Source: Hyphomicrobiales bacterium (GTDB lineage Bacteria; Pseudomonadota; Alphaproteobacteria; Rhizobiales; Methyloligellaceae). From it: a DNA stretch of 32,000 nt. The stretch lies in NCBI GenBank assembly GCA_028280515.1, contig JANQLP010000162.1:58092-90091 (forward strand). The letters are read 5' to 3'. A program made the position numbers and the translations under genes. Below are positions 1-9,653 of the stretch, one piece after another (position 1 is the stretch's first letter; each line of letters starts with the position of its first letter). The notes under the pieces are model-generated. The model worked only from the letters and a program-made list of their open reading frames with translations, was not told the DNA's origin and did not search any database.

Positions 1-2
1 GA

Positions 3-950
3 GATCTCGGTTTCGATGGGGTGAGCGGCACGAGCGCAGGCGCCGTCAATGCCGTCGCGCTGGCCGCCGGGCTGATGGACGGTGGGACGGACGGCGCACG
101 CGAATGTCTGCACGACATCTGGAGTGCCATCAGCCGCGCCGGCGCGCCGACGTCCCACCCCGGCTCTCCTCTTGCCTATTCCGCAACCGCCAAGCTGTCC
201 GGCGCGCTCATGCAGCGCAGTCTCGAGCGCATCGGCGGCGGATGGTCGCCATACGACGTCAATCCGCTCAACCTCAACCCGCTGCGCGACATATTGCTCG
301 CCAGGATCGACTTCGAAAAACTGCAGCGCGAGTCCCCAATTACCCTGTTCATCGCGGCTACCGAAGTTGCGTCAGGCCGGGGCCGTGTGTTTCGAACACA
401 GGAGATCAGCGCGGATTCGGTCGTGGCATCTGCCTGTTTGCCCAACCTGTTTCCAGCGGTCCGCATCGGCCGCTTCTATTATTGGGACGGCGCCTTCTCG
501 GCAAACCCGGACCTTCTCACGCTGATATCCGAAACCAGGAGCGACGACACGCTGCTTGTTCAGATCAGTCCCGACCGCGATCCGGACCTGCCGTCCAACC
601 GCGAGGAAATCTCCGGAAATATTGGCCGCCTGACCTTCAATCATCCTTTGCGGACGCAGGTCCAACAGATCGAGGTCTGCCGGCGCGTTCCGCGCATCCC
701 GTTGCTGACCGACAATGCGGTCAGCCGCATAGGCCGCCATCGCTTTCATCTGATCGATGGCAGTCCGCATACGCTCAAGCTGTCGCGGGACACGAAACAC
801 AGGCCGGACTGGCACATGATCGAAGGTTTGCGCGACGTCGGGCGCCAGACCACCATCGAATGGTGCGAAACCCATCTGGCCCGCGTCGGCAAACGGCCCA
901 CCGCGGACCTCTACGGAAAGTACTTCTCCGACAGGGTGCCGTTCGACTGA
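3..950 (+). CDS. patatin-like phospholipase, 5' end lies upstream of the window
   Basis: Frame is open from base 3. GVSGTSAG (GxSxG nucleophile elbow) sits at the very start and YWDGAFSANP (DGA/G catalytic Asp motif) lies later. Stop at 948-950. Confidence 0.8.
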   Translation, partial: DLGFDGVSGTSAGAVNAVALAAGLMDGGTDGARECLHDIWSAISRAGAPTSHPGSPLAYSATAKLSGALMQRSLERIGGGWSPYDVNPLNLNPLRDILLARIDFEKLQRESPITLFIAATEVASGRGRVFRTQEISADSVVASACLPNLFPAVRIGRFYYWDGAFSANPDLLTLISETRSDDTLLVQISPDRDPDLPSNREEISGNIGRLTFNHPLRTQVQQIEVCRRVPRIPLLTDNAVSRIGRHRFHLIDGSPHTLKLSRDTKHRPDWHMIEGLRDVGRQTTIEWCETHLARVGKRPTADLYGKYFSDRVPFD

Positions 951-972
951 GCCTTGCAGAAGGCCCAAGGCT
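950..972. terminator. hairpin between convergent patatin and SDR genes
   Basis: AGCCTTG (950-956) pairs with CAAGGCT (966-972). No clear U-run. Confidence 0.3.
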
Positions 973-983
973 GAGCCGGAAAA

Positions 984-1691
984 TCACCACGGGATGTCGG
1001 AACCGTCATAGGCAACGAATGCTCCTTCAGCCGAGGGTTCCGCGCGGTTCATCACGTCAAGCAACATTTGCGCAGAATACTCCGCCTCGAACCGCTCGCG
1101 GTCGGCGGCGAACGGCTCCGAGAGCCGCGTTTTCACCGTTCCCGGATGCAGCGCAAGGCAGATGGCATCTGGGCGCTTGCGGGAAATCTCGATGGCGGCG
1201 GTCCTCAGGAACATGTTGAGGGCCGCCTTGGAAGCGCGATAGCCGTACCATCCACCAAGGCGGTTGTCGGCGATGCTCCCGACGCGCGCCGAAATGGTCG
1301 CGAAGACACTGCGTCCCTTACGCGGCAACAGGTGGTGAAAGTGCTTCAGCAAAAGCAACGGCCCCGTTGCATTGATGGCGAAGGCGCGCGCGATCACCTC
1401 CGGATCGACCTGGCCGATTGATTTTTCCGGGCGCATCGCTGGATCGTGCAGGATGCCGGTGGCGTCGACGATCAGATGCACGTCGCCCCGGGCGGCAAGT
1501 GAGGCGGCGGCGCGTTCGATGGAGGCTTCATCCTCGAGATCCAGCGGCGGACGGGACGACCGGCTCAACCGGACTACGTGACCGCATCGCGGGTCGCGCT
1601 CGAGAAGCGCGACAAATGCACTCCCCAGGCCGCCTGTGCTGCCGACCACAATCGCTGTAAAGCCTTTCGGGAAAGCGGAAAGCTCGTTCAT
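984..1691 (-). CDS. short-chain dehydrogenase/reductase (SDR)
   Basis: ATG at 1691 gives 235 aa starting MNELSAFPKGFTAIVVGSTGGLGSAF (TGxxxGxG). YGYRASKAALN supplies the YxxxK catalytic motif. The 444-aa track ORF is an upstream extension that overlaps ubiG in antisense. Confidence 0.85.
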   Translation of the reverse strand: MNELSAFPKGFTAIVVGSTGGLGSAFVALLERDPRCGHVVRLSRSSRPPLDLEDEASIERAAASLAARGDVHLIVDATGILHDPAMRPEKSIGQVDPEVIARAFAINATGPLLLLKHFHHLLPRKGRSVFATISARVGSIADNRLGGWYGYRASKAALNMFLRTAAIEISRKRPDAICLALHPGTVKTRLSEPFAADRERFEAEYSAQMLLDVMNRAEPSAEGAFVAYDGSDIPW

Positions 1692-1832
1692 ATTGTTGAA
1701 ATCGCCCTGCAATTCGCTGCAACCGGGTACGGTCCCGGTCTGTCTGCGGATCATCCGACCACCGCCAGCGGGTTGATCCGGCCTGCCATCGATGCCGTAA
1801 CTACGCTGTGCGCAAATGACCAGAGGCTCCAA

Positions 1833-2612
1833 GTGCTCCGCAAGGACATTCTGAAATCCTTCTCCCTCGACCGCTCGACGGCGAGCGAGGAAGAAATCGC
1901 GAGCTTTACGCGGCTTGCGCAGGAATGGTGGCGGCCCGACGGCGCGTTCAAGGTCGTGCACAGGTTCAATGAAGCCCGCCTTGACTATCTGATGGCGCTT
2001 TTGCCGAAGGCATTTCAGCTTCCGGATAACACAAACCGTCCACTTGACGGTCTCCGCATCGTCGACGTCGGGTGTGGCGCGGGCCTCGCGGCCGAGCCCC
2101 TGGCCCTTGCCGGCGCGCGGGTCGTCGGCATCGATCCCGTCGAACGCAACATCGAGATCGCCCGGCATCATCTGGCGGAGTCCGGCGCGCGCGTCGACTA
2201 TCGGCATATGCTGCCTGAAGACCTCGCCCGAACCGGCGAGACGTTCGACGTGGTGCTGTCGCTGGAGGTGGTCGAACACGTGGCGGACGTTCCGCTGTTC
2301 CTCGCCTCCTGCGCGCAACTCGTGGCACCCGGCGGCCTGCTGGTGCTGGCCACATTGAACCGGACGCTCAGATCATTTGTGTTCGCGATCGTCGGCGCGG
2401 AGTATGTGCTCCGTCTCCTGCCGCGCGGGACGCATGACTGGCGCAAGTTCATTTCGCCAATGGAATTGCTCCGGCAACTCGAACCACACGGCCTGCAGGA
2501 ATACGAGCGAACCGGCATGACGTTCAATCCGCTGCGCCGGACGTTCCGGTGCACGCGGGATGTCAGCGTCAACTACGTCCAGGTCTTCCGGCGCCCTTCG
2601 ATGGACGCGTGA
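1833..2612 (+). CDS. ubiG: 3-demethylubiquinone-9 3-O-methyltransferase / 2-polyprenyl-6-hydroxyphenol methylase
   Basis: Colinear with E. coli UbiG as I recall it: EEIASFTRLAQEWWRPDGAFKVVHRFN, VDVGCGAGLAAEPLA (SAM motif I), LEVVEHV, ATLNRT, GAEYVLRLLPRGTHDWRKFI, DVSVNY. The ORF is open from 1578. I chose GTG 1833, preceded by AGAGG, to give about 259 aa; the start is uncertain. Confidence 0.85.
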   Translation: MLRKDILKSFSLDRSTASEEEIASFTRLAQEWWRPDGAFKVVHRFNEARLDYLMALLPKAFQLPDNTNRPLDGLRIVDVGCGAGLAAEPLALAGARVVGIDPVERNIEIARHHLAESGARVDYRHMLPEDLARTGETFDVVLSLEVVEHVADVPLFLASCAQLVAPGGLLVLATLNRTLRSFVFAIVGAEYVLRLLPRGTHDWRKFISPMELLRQLEPHGLQEYERTGMTFNPLRRTFRCTRDVSVNYVQVFRRPSMDA

Positions 2613-2638
2613 GCGTTTCATCAAACATATAGCCTACA

Positions 2639-2664
2639 GGGCATTCTTGATCTGGCGGATGCCC
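2639..2664. terminator. hairpin between convergent ubiG and peroxidase genes
   Basis: GGGCAT (2639-2644) pairs with ATGCCC (2659-2664) around a 14-nt loop. Weak. Confidence 0.25.
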
Positions 2665-2665
2665 G

Positions 2666-3283
2666 CTACACCTTGTCGGAGACGCGCGTCGCGTGCGGTT
2701 TCATCTCAAGGCAGATCTTGATCAAATCACGGATCAGCGGTGCATTCGTGGTTATCGGCGTCGAGAACCACCCGGCGAGGTTTCCATTTGGCGCAATGAG
2801 GTACTTGTAGAAGTTCCATCTGGGCACCGCATTCTGGCCGGCAACCACCCGTATTTGCCGGAAAAACGGATGCATGGCCTCTCCCTTGATTGAAACCTTT
2901 GCCGTCACCGGAAACGTCAGTTTGAGTTGTGATCGGTAGGCTTCATAGACGGTTTGATCGTCACAAGGCTCCTGATTGCCGAAATCGTTCGAAGGAACCG
3001 CGAGGACGACCAGCCCTTTACGTTGCAGATCGTCATAAAGGGATTGCAAATCCGCGAACTGGCTCTTGAACCCGCATCTCGACGCGGTGTTCACCACAAG
3101 CACCGTCTTGCCTGTCAGGCTCGACAACGCAAGCGGTTCGCCGGAGATTTGCGCGAAGGAAATATTGTTCACGCGATTGCCGACTGAAGCCGGATCGAGG
3201 ATCGCGTGCTTGGGTGCGAAGAGCAGCGACAAGGCCGAGAGAAGAGAACCCGCCATTCCGTTTTGCTTCTGCAGGTCGGCCAC
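2666..3283 (-). CDS. glutathione peroxidase family protein (Cys type), with hydrophobic N-terminus
   Basis: GPx motifs NTASRCGF, SNDFGNQEP and WNFYKYLI. The N-terminal MAGSLLSALSLLFAP looks like a signal or anchor. Start could be 3283 or 3256. Confidence 0.85.
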   Translation of the reverse strand: MADLQKQNGMAGSLLSALSLLFAPKHAILDPASVGNRVNNISFAQISGEPLALSSLTGKTVLVVNTASRCGFKSQFADLQSLYDDLQRKGLVVLAVPSNDFGNQEPCDDQTVYEAYRSQLKLTFPVTAKVSIKGEAMHPFFRQIRVVAGQNAVPRWNFYKYLIAPNGNLAGWFSTPITTNAPLIRDLIKICLEMKPHATRVSDKV

Positions 3284-3515
3284 TTTCGCGGCGCGCCCCT
3301 TTCATAGTCCTTTCAACAAACCTCAGCCCGTCGACCCCGACATTTCCGTTCAATTGTGGCGAAACACCTGTCACACCGTCAACCAATCGCACGTTCAGGG
3401 CGGCTCCTCAGATAAATTCGTCGTGTAAGCCGCGTGTGATCCGCATGGTTGATGGCCGCGTAAGCAAAAGGCGTGTGCGGCCCTCCCCCCTCCCGCCGTA
3501 CCGCACTCAGGGGAT

Positions 3516-3550
3516 CGGCCGGCATCTGTGGCGGATGCTCGGCCGGTTTT
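3516..3550 (+). terminator. terminator-like hairpin plus T4 in the leader upstream of the racemase-family gene
   Basis: CGGCCGGCATC (3516-3526) pairs with GATGCTCGGCCG (3534-3545) with one bulge, followed by GTTTT. It lies about 100 nt upstream of the ATG at 3647. Confidence 0.25.
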
Positions 3551-3646
3551 CCCTTCCGGCCCGCCCGAGTGCACCGTTTCTCGATCATACGCCTCCCTCT
3601 TGCGCAAACCTCGCCCATTCCTTAGGGCTTCAGCCTGACCCGCGGA

Positions 3647-4333
3647 GTGAGCGACATGCATATCGGTCTGATTGGCGGCATCGGCCCCGCCGCAACTGAA
3701 TTCTATTACCGCGGCCTCGCCCGCGCCCATGCGTCCGCGGGAGAACGCATGGACCTGACGATTGTCCATGCGGACGTCCGCGACCTCTTGCGCAATGCGG
3801 CGAGCGGTGCGAAGCGGGCGCAAGCCGAGATCTATCTCGGGTTCGCCAAGCGGCTTCAGGCGGCCGGTGCGCAAGCCGTTGCCGTCACGTCCATGGGCGG
3901 GCACTTCTGCATTGAAGAACTGGAAGAGGTTTCGCCTCTGCCGGTCATCAACGCCATACCCGCGCTCGACGGCCATCTGGCACAATCAGGCGTGAGGCGC
4001 GCCGGGCTCATCGGCACGCGCTATGTCATGGAGACAGGCGTCTATGGCGGGGTCTCGGCAGCCGAGTTCGTTCTGCCGCAGGGCGACGACCTGGAGCGCG
4101 TTCACAACACTTACATCGCCATTGCATCGTCAGCGTCCGTAAACCAAGCACAACGCGCCTATCTGTTCGAGGTAGGTGAAGCCCTCTGTCGTGAGCATGG
4201 CGCAGAAACGGTCATTCTCGGCGGTACCGATCTGTTTCTCGCCTTCGAAGGCCAGAACTGCGGGTTCCCGGTCATTGACGTAGCGGAAGTTCATATCGCC
4301 GCGCTCTATCGCGCATCGGTTGGGGCCAGATAA
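3647..4333 (+). CDS. Asp/Glu/hydantoin racemase-family protein (atypical active-site positions)
   Basis: N-terminal IGLIGGIGPAAT and overall colinearity with aspartate racemases. GAG-rich RBS region (GGAGTGAG) upstream. Confidence 0.75.
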   Translation: MSDMHIGLIGGIGPAATEFYYRGLARAHASAGERMDLTIVHADVRDLLRNAASGAKRAQAEIYLGFAKRLQAAGAQAVAVTSMGGHFCIEELEEVSPLPVINAIPALDGHLAQSGVRRAGLIGTRYVMETGVYGGVSAAEFVLPQGDDLERVHNTYIAIASSASVNQAQRAYLFEVGEALCREHGAETVILGGTDLFLAFEGQNCGFPVIDVAEVHIAALYRASVGAR

Positions 4334-4343
4334 CCAGCGCCGC

Positions 4344-5024
4344 TCAGGTCTGCTGGTTCGCCAATGCCTCCAGGACCGCGTTGGTGGATGCCCTGACATG
4401 CTCTTTCAGATACCGCCGCGCGGCCTGCATCTGCCCGCCACACATCAGACCCAACAGCTCCCGATGCTCGTCGAGTGACGTCTCGGCGTGCCGGCTGTGC
4501 CTCCACATGAACCCGAGATACCGCACATAGCGTTGGCGCAACTGTTGCACGATGTGAAGTGTGATCGGACGTCCGGCTGGACTGTAGATGGCATTGTGAA
4601 ATGCCTCATCGGCTTCAAGACGCGCAGGCACGTCGTTGGCCTGTATCGTGAGAGCAATGGCCGCTTCGGCACGCCGGCGATCCGTCGGACCGAAATTCCG
4701 AGTGGCCGCCGCCACCAAGTCGGGTTCCAGCTGCAGGCGCAGGCGCGCCGTTTCCGCCGCTTCCGCCTTTTCCAGCAATGGCACGCGCACGCCGCAGTTC
4801 ACCTGATAGGTGACGAGCTCTTCCGACGCGAGCTGACGCAGGGCTTCGCGCACCGGCGCCTGGCTGACGTTGAAGCGCTGGGCGATATGGTCCTGCCTGA
4901 GGGGTTCGCCGGGCGCGAGGACGGCGGAAAGAATGTCCTTGCGCAGTTGTGCCGCGATCTGTTCGGCGATGGACCGGCGCGGCTCCGTGCGCAGGCCGTC
5001 TGTTTCAGTCACACCTGGTGTCAT
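4344..5024 (-). CDS. GntR-family transcriptional regulator (FadR/FCD-type C-terminal domain)
   Basis: ATG at 5024 gives 226 aa. It has a winged-HTH segment (LRQDHIAQRFNVSQAPVREALRQLASEELV) and a helical C-terminal domain. The 457-aa track ORF is an extension overlapping the divergent HAD gene. Confidence 0.85.
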   Translation of the reverse strand: MTPGVTETDGLRTEPRRSIAEQIAAQLRKDILSAVLAPGEPLRQDHIAQRFNVSQAPVREALRQLASEELVTYQVNCGVRVPLLEKAEAAETARLRLQLEPDLVAAATRNFGPTDRRRAEAAIALTIQANDVPARLEADEAFHNAIYSPAGRPITLHIVQQLRQRYVRYLGFMWRHSRHAETSLDEHRELLGLMCGGQMQAARRYLKEHVRASTNAVLEALANQQT

Positions 5025-5051
5025 TGTCCTTGACCGATATCGTTTGAGTTC

Positions 5052-5075
5052 AATATTATCGATTATCGATAATTT
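5052..5075. promoter_or_regulatory. candidate operator in the GntR/HAD divergent promoter
   Basis: AATATTATCGATTATCGATAATTT: two ATCGAT palindromes (5058-5063, 5065-5070), a perfect 12-bp palindrome ATTATCGATAAT (5062-5073), and an AT-rich setting between starts at 5024 and 5094. Confidence 0.4.
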
Positions 5076-5093
5076 CTCACACACGAGTCTCTG

Positions 5094-5798
5094 ATGCAAG
5101 CGCAGGACTATGACGCCATCACCTTCGATGTTTACGGCACCCTGATCGACTGGGAGCCGTCCATTCTCTCCGCACTGGACGCGTGGACGACGTCCAAAGG
5201 CACACAGGCTGACAAGGCTGCGCTGCTCGATGCGTTTGACCGCGCCCGCGCGCATTATCAGATGCTTGCCCCGGCACGTCCCTATCCGAAGATCCTGCGC
5301 TCGTCTTTCGCCTACATAGCCGATGAGCTCGATCTGGACGTGGATACAGACACACAGGCGCGGTTCGGAAGCTCTGTCGGCAACTGGGACCCCTATCCGG
5401 ACAGCGTCGCCGCACTGGCGGAGTTGCGCAAGCGCTTCGTCCTCGGTGCGCTGACGAACATGGACGATACTTCTTTCGCAAAGAGCCATGCCAAACTCGG
5501 CAACTGCTTCGAGGTTGTTGTCACCGCAGAGCGCGCCGGCGCCTACAAGCCCTCGCTTCGCCATTTCGTACTCGCACTCACCGATCTCGCAAAGCGGGAT
5601 ATCCCGCCCCAGCGCGTCCTCCACGTCGCCCAGAGCCTGCGCGCGGACGTCCGACCGGCCAACCTGCTCGGTCAGGATGTCGTATGGATCAACCGCGCGG
5701 GCCGTGGTTTGGGCCATGCGGGCTTCGGGGCGGAACTCGCCGAACCGATGGCCACATTTGCAACCATGGACGCGTTCGTAGTCTCACTCATGCAGTAG
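5094..5798 (+). CDS. HAD-superfamily hydrolase, haloacid dehalogenase type II-like
   Basis: The motif I region ITFDVYGTLIDWE is typical of 2-haloacid dehalogenase-like HAD proteins. Later come LTNMD and AYKP motifs. Confidence 0.8.
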   Translation: MQAQDYDAITFDVYGTLIDWEPSILSALDAWTTSKGTQADKAALLDAFDRARAHYQMLAPARPYPKILRSSFAYIADELDLDVDTDTQARFGSSVGNWDPYPDSVAALAELRKRFVLGALTNMDDTSFAKSHAKLGNCFEVVVTAERAGAYKPSLRHFVLALTDLAKRDIPPQRVLHVAQSLRADVRPANLLGQDVVWINRAGRGLGHAGFGAELAEPMATFATMDAFVVSLMQ

Positions 5799-5821
5799 AA
5801 CGTTTGCCGCCTGCCATATGA

Positions 5822-5846
5822 GGGCCGGGTACCAACACTCCGGCCC
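5822..5846 (+). terminator. hairpin downstream of the HAD gene
   Basis: GGGCCGG (5822-5828) pairs with CCGGCCC (5840-5846), 24 nt after the stop. Confidence 0.4.
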
Positions 5847-5878
5847 TGTCCTTCGGATTGCGCAATCTCATCTCTGAT

Positions 5879-5898
5879 TGTGGACTGAGTTATCCACA
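5879..5898. promoter_or_regulatory. dyad upstream of ptxA (possible regulator site)
   Basis: TGTGGA-N8-TCCACA perfect inverted repeat, about 110 nt upstream of the ptxA start. Confidence 0.2.
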
Positions 5899-5911
5899 TG
5901 TTCATGGAACC

Positions 5912-5938
5912 GTCACGTTCCCGTCGTCCCCGTTTCAC
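5912..5938 (+). promoter_or_regulatory. possible Pho-box-like array
   Basis: GTCAC (5912), GTCGT (5923) and TTCAC (5934) recur with exact 11-bp phasing, 70-100 nt upstream of ptxA. PhoB boxes are 11-bp phased direct repeats with a (C)TGTCA(T/C)-like core. Confidence 0.25.
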
Positions 5939-6009
5939 ACAGCCTCATTAATTAACAAATCGAATTCGTTGGGATGCTTCATTGCATTCTGTAATCGATT
6001 GAGGCTGCA

Positions 6010-7676
<1,667 letters not shown>

Positions 7677-7709
7677 CGTGACCGTCTGTTTTTGAAAGAC
7701 GCACTACCT

Positions 7710-7743
7710 GGCGATGCCGGTTTGTCAGTCGTCCGGCATCGCC
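7710..7743 (+). promoter_or_regulatory. intercistronic stem-loop between ptxB and ptxC
   Basis: Perfect 11-bp stem: GGCGATGCCGG (7710-7720) pairs with CCGGCATCGCC (7733-7743), in the 104-nt gap after the binding-protein gene. Confidence 0.5.
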
Positions 7744-7780
7744 GCACTCGTTCCAGGGCCGATGAGCGGCGAGGCAAACA

Positions 7781-8587
7781 ATGTCAGCAAGCAACGCAGC
7801 ATACGATGAGCTCCTGCGCAAGGAGCGCCAGACCTGGCTGAAGGCGTCTGTTCCGGGCGCCATTGTCATCCTTGCCATTGCGATCAGCGCAGGACTGACG
7901 GGTCTGCTGGATTTGAAAAGGCTCGGCCAGGGGCTGCCCGCCATCGGCGTGCTCGTCGGTGAAATGTTCCCGCCGGACTTTACGTCAGCCCGGGACTGGA
8001 TCAGGCCGATCTTCGACACCCTTGCCATGAGCATTGCCGGCACCGCGCTGGCCATCCTGCTGTCGCTGCCGCTGGGCTTCCTCGCCGCCAAGAACACGAC
8101 CCCGCACATCGCCATCTATCATGCGACCCGCGTCGTTCTGAATTTCCTGCGGTCGATCCCGGAGCTGATCATGGGCATCATTTTCGTCGCCGCCGTCGGG
8201 TTTGGGCCGCTGCCCGGTGTCTTGGCGCTCGGGCTGCACTCTGCGGGCATGGTCGGCAAGTTCTTCGCGGAATCCATCGAGCACGTGGACCCCAAACCGA
8301 TCGAAGCCGCCGTGGCTGCCGGCGCTACGCCGTTTCAGGTCGTCCAATACGCGATCATTCCGCAAGTTCTGCCCCAATTCGCGGACGTCACGATCTATCG
8401 CTGGGAATACAACTTCCGTGCATCGACGATCATGGGAATGGTCGGCGCCGGCGGAATCGGCCTTGAATTGATGTCGTCGCTCCGCCTCATGCAATATACC
8501 GAAGTCTCTGCCATCCTGATCACCATTCTCCTGATGGTGACCTGCGTCGATGCGATCGGCGCTACGATCAGAAAGGGCCTGAAGTAA
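7781..8587 (+). CDS. ptxC: phosphite/phosphonate ABC transporter permease
   Basis: PhnE-like multi-pass membrane protein (FLRSIPELIMGIIFVAAVGFGPLPGVLALGLHSAGMVGKFFAE). Confidence 0.85.
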   Translation: MSASNAAYDELLRKERQTWLKASVPGAIVILAIAISAGLTGLLDLKRLGQGLPAIGVLVGEMFPPDFTSARDWIRPIFDTLAMSIAGTALAILLSLPLGFLAAKNTTPHIAIYHATRVVLNFLRSIPELIMGIIFVAAVGFGPLPGVLALGLHSAGMVGKFFAESIEHVDPKPIEAAVAAGATPFQVVQYAIIPQVLPQFADVTIYRWEYNFRASTIMGMVGAGGIGLELMSSLRLMQYTEVSAILITILLMVTCVDAIGATIRKGLK

Positions 8588-8614
8588 CGCAGCGCGGTTC
8601 ACGGGCAAATCCAC

Positions 8615-9637
8615 ATGAAACCCAGAGTCCTCATAACCAATTGGGTCCATCCGGAGGTCGAGCATTTTCTCGCAGAACATTGCGCGGTAACTGCAAATCC
8701 GGACAGGGATGCTCCTTTCACGCGTGAACAAATTCTTGCTGAAGCGAGCGGCCTTGAAGCTCTTATGGCATTCATGCCCGACAGCGTGGACGACAGTCTG
8801 CTCGCAGGCCTGCCCGATTTACGTATCGTTTCTTGCGCCCTGAAAGGGTTTGACAATTTCGACGTCCACGCCTGCAGCCGGCGTGGTGTCTGGTTAACGA
8901 TTGTGCCTGACCTTCTGACCGACCCAACCGCCGAATTGGCAATCGGGCTCATGATATCGGTCGGCCGCAATATCGGCGCCGGCGACAGATTCATGCGAAC
9001 CGGAGGCTATGCGGGCTGGCGCGCACGCTTTTACGGCACCGGACTTGCGGAAAGCACGATCACGCTTGTCGGCATGGGCGCGGTCGGTCGCGCCATCGCC
9101 CGCAGGCTGACCGGGTTCGGTGCGCGCATCCTATATGTCGACCGAACCGCACTCGAGCCGGAGTTGGAAGCCGAACTGGGAGTTGAAAGGTCCTCCCTTG
9201 AAGAAGCGTTGCCGCTCAGCGATTTCGTGGTTCTGGCATTGCCTCTGACCGGTGTCTCAGAAGGTCTGTTTGACGGGGGCATGATCGCTCGTATGAAACC
9301 GGGAAGCTTCCTGATCAATCCGGGGCGCGGATCGCTCGTCATTGAAGAGTGCGTCGCCGATGCACTGGCGAGTGGTCATCTGGCGGGATACGCCGCGGAC
9401 GTATTCGAAATGGAAGACTGGGCGCGGACCGGAAGGCCGCAGCATGTGGCAGACCGGCTGCTCGACGATTCTGACCGAACGTGCCTGACCCCGCATATCG
9501 GGTCGGCGGTCGACACGGTCAGGCGCGACATCGCCATGGAGGCGGCCATTCACATAGTTCAGGCCATCGAGGGTCGCCGACCCGATGGCGCCGTAAACAA
9601 TATCGATCATTTCCAACAGGTGGCCGTTCAACAATAA
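8615..9637 (+). CDS. ptxD: NAD-dependent phosphite (phosphonate) dehydrogenase
   Basis: Long colinear identity blocks with P. stutzeri PtxD as I recall it: AMMAFMPD, CALKGFDNFDV, RGVWLT.VPDLLT.PTAELAIGL, FYGTGL, GMGA.G, NP.RGS, GGYAADVFEMEDWAR..RP, TPHIGSAV. It is a D-2-hydroxyacid dehydrogenase fold. Confidence 0.9.
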   Translation: MKPRVLITNWVHPEVEHFLAEHCAVTANPDRDAPFTREQILAEASGLEALMAFMPDSVDDSLLAGLPDLRIVSCALKGFDNFDVHACSRRGVWLTIVPDLLTDPTAELAIGLMISVGRNIGAGDRFMRTGGYAGWRARFYGTGLAESTITLVGMGAVGRAIARRLTGFGARILYVDRTALEPELEAELGVERSSLEEALPLSDFVVLALPLTGVSEGLFDGGMIARMKPGSFLINPGRGSLVIEECVADALASGHLAGYAADVFEMEDWARTGRPQHVADRLLDDSDRTCLTPHIGSAVDTVRRDIAMEAAIHIVQAIEGRRPDGAVNNIDHFQQVAVQQ

Positions 9638-9653
9638 CCGCTGGTCCTCAATC

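Noticed and set aside
984-2318. N-terminal extensions of track ORFs: 984-2318, 4344-5717, 15737-17179, 19767-21032, 10118-10909, 10896-12137, 25552-25881 and 26574-26810
   Set aside because: The recognisable protein begins at an internal ATG with a better RBS. The extensions overlap divergent or upstream genes and have non-protein-like composition. I trimmed them to 1691, 5024, 17059, 20741, 10556, 10989, 25839 and 26693 respectively.
8615-9637. Alternative call of the 340-aa dehydrogenase as generic glyoxylate/hydroxypyruvate reductase or PdxB
   Set aside because: The extended identity blocks to PtxD, plus the exact ptxABC-upstream and LysR-downstream context, make phosphite dehydrogenase the better-supported call.
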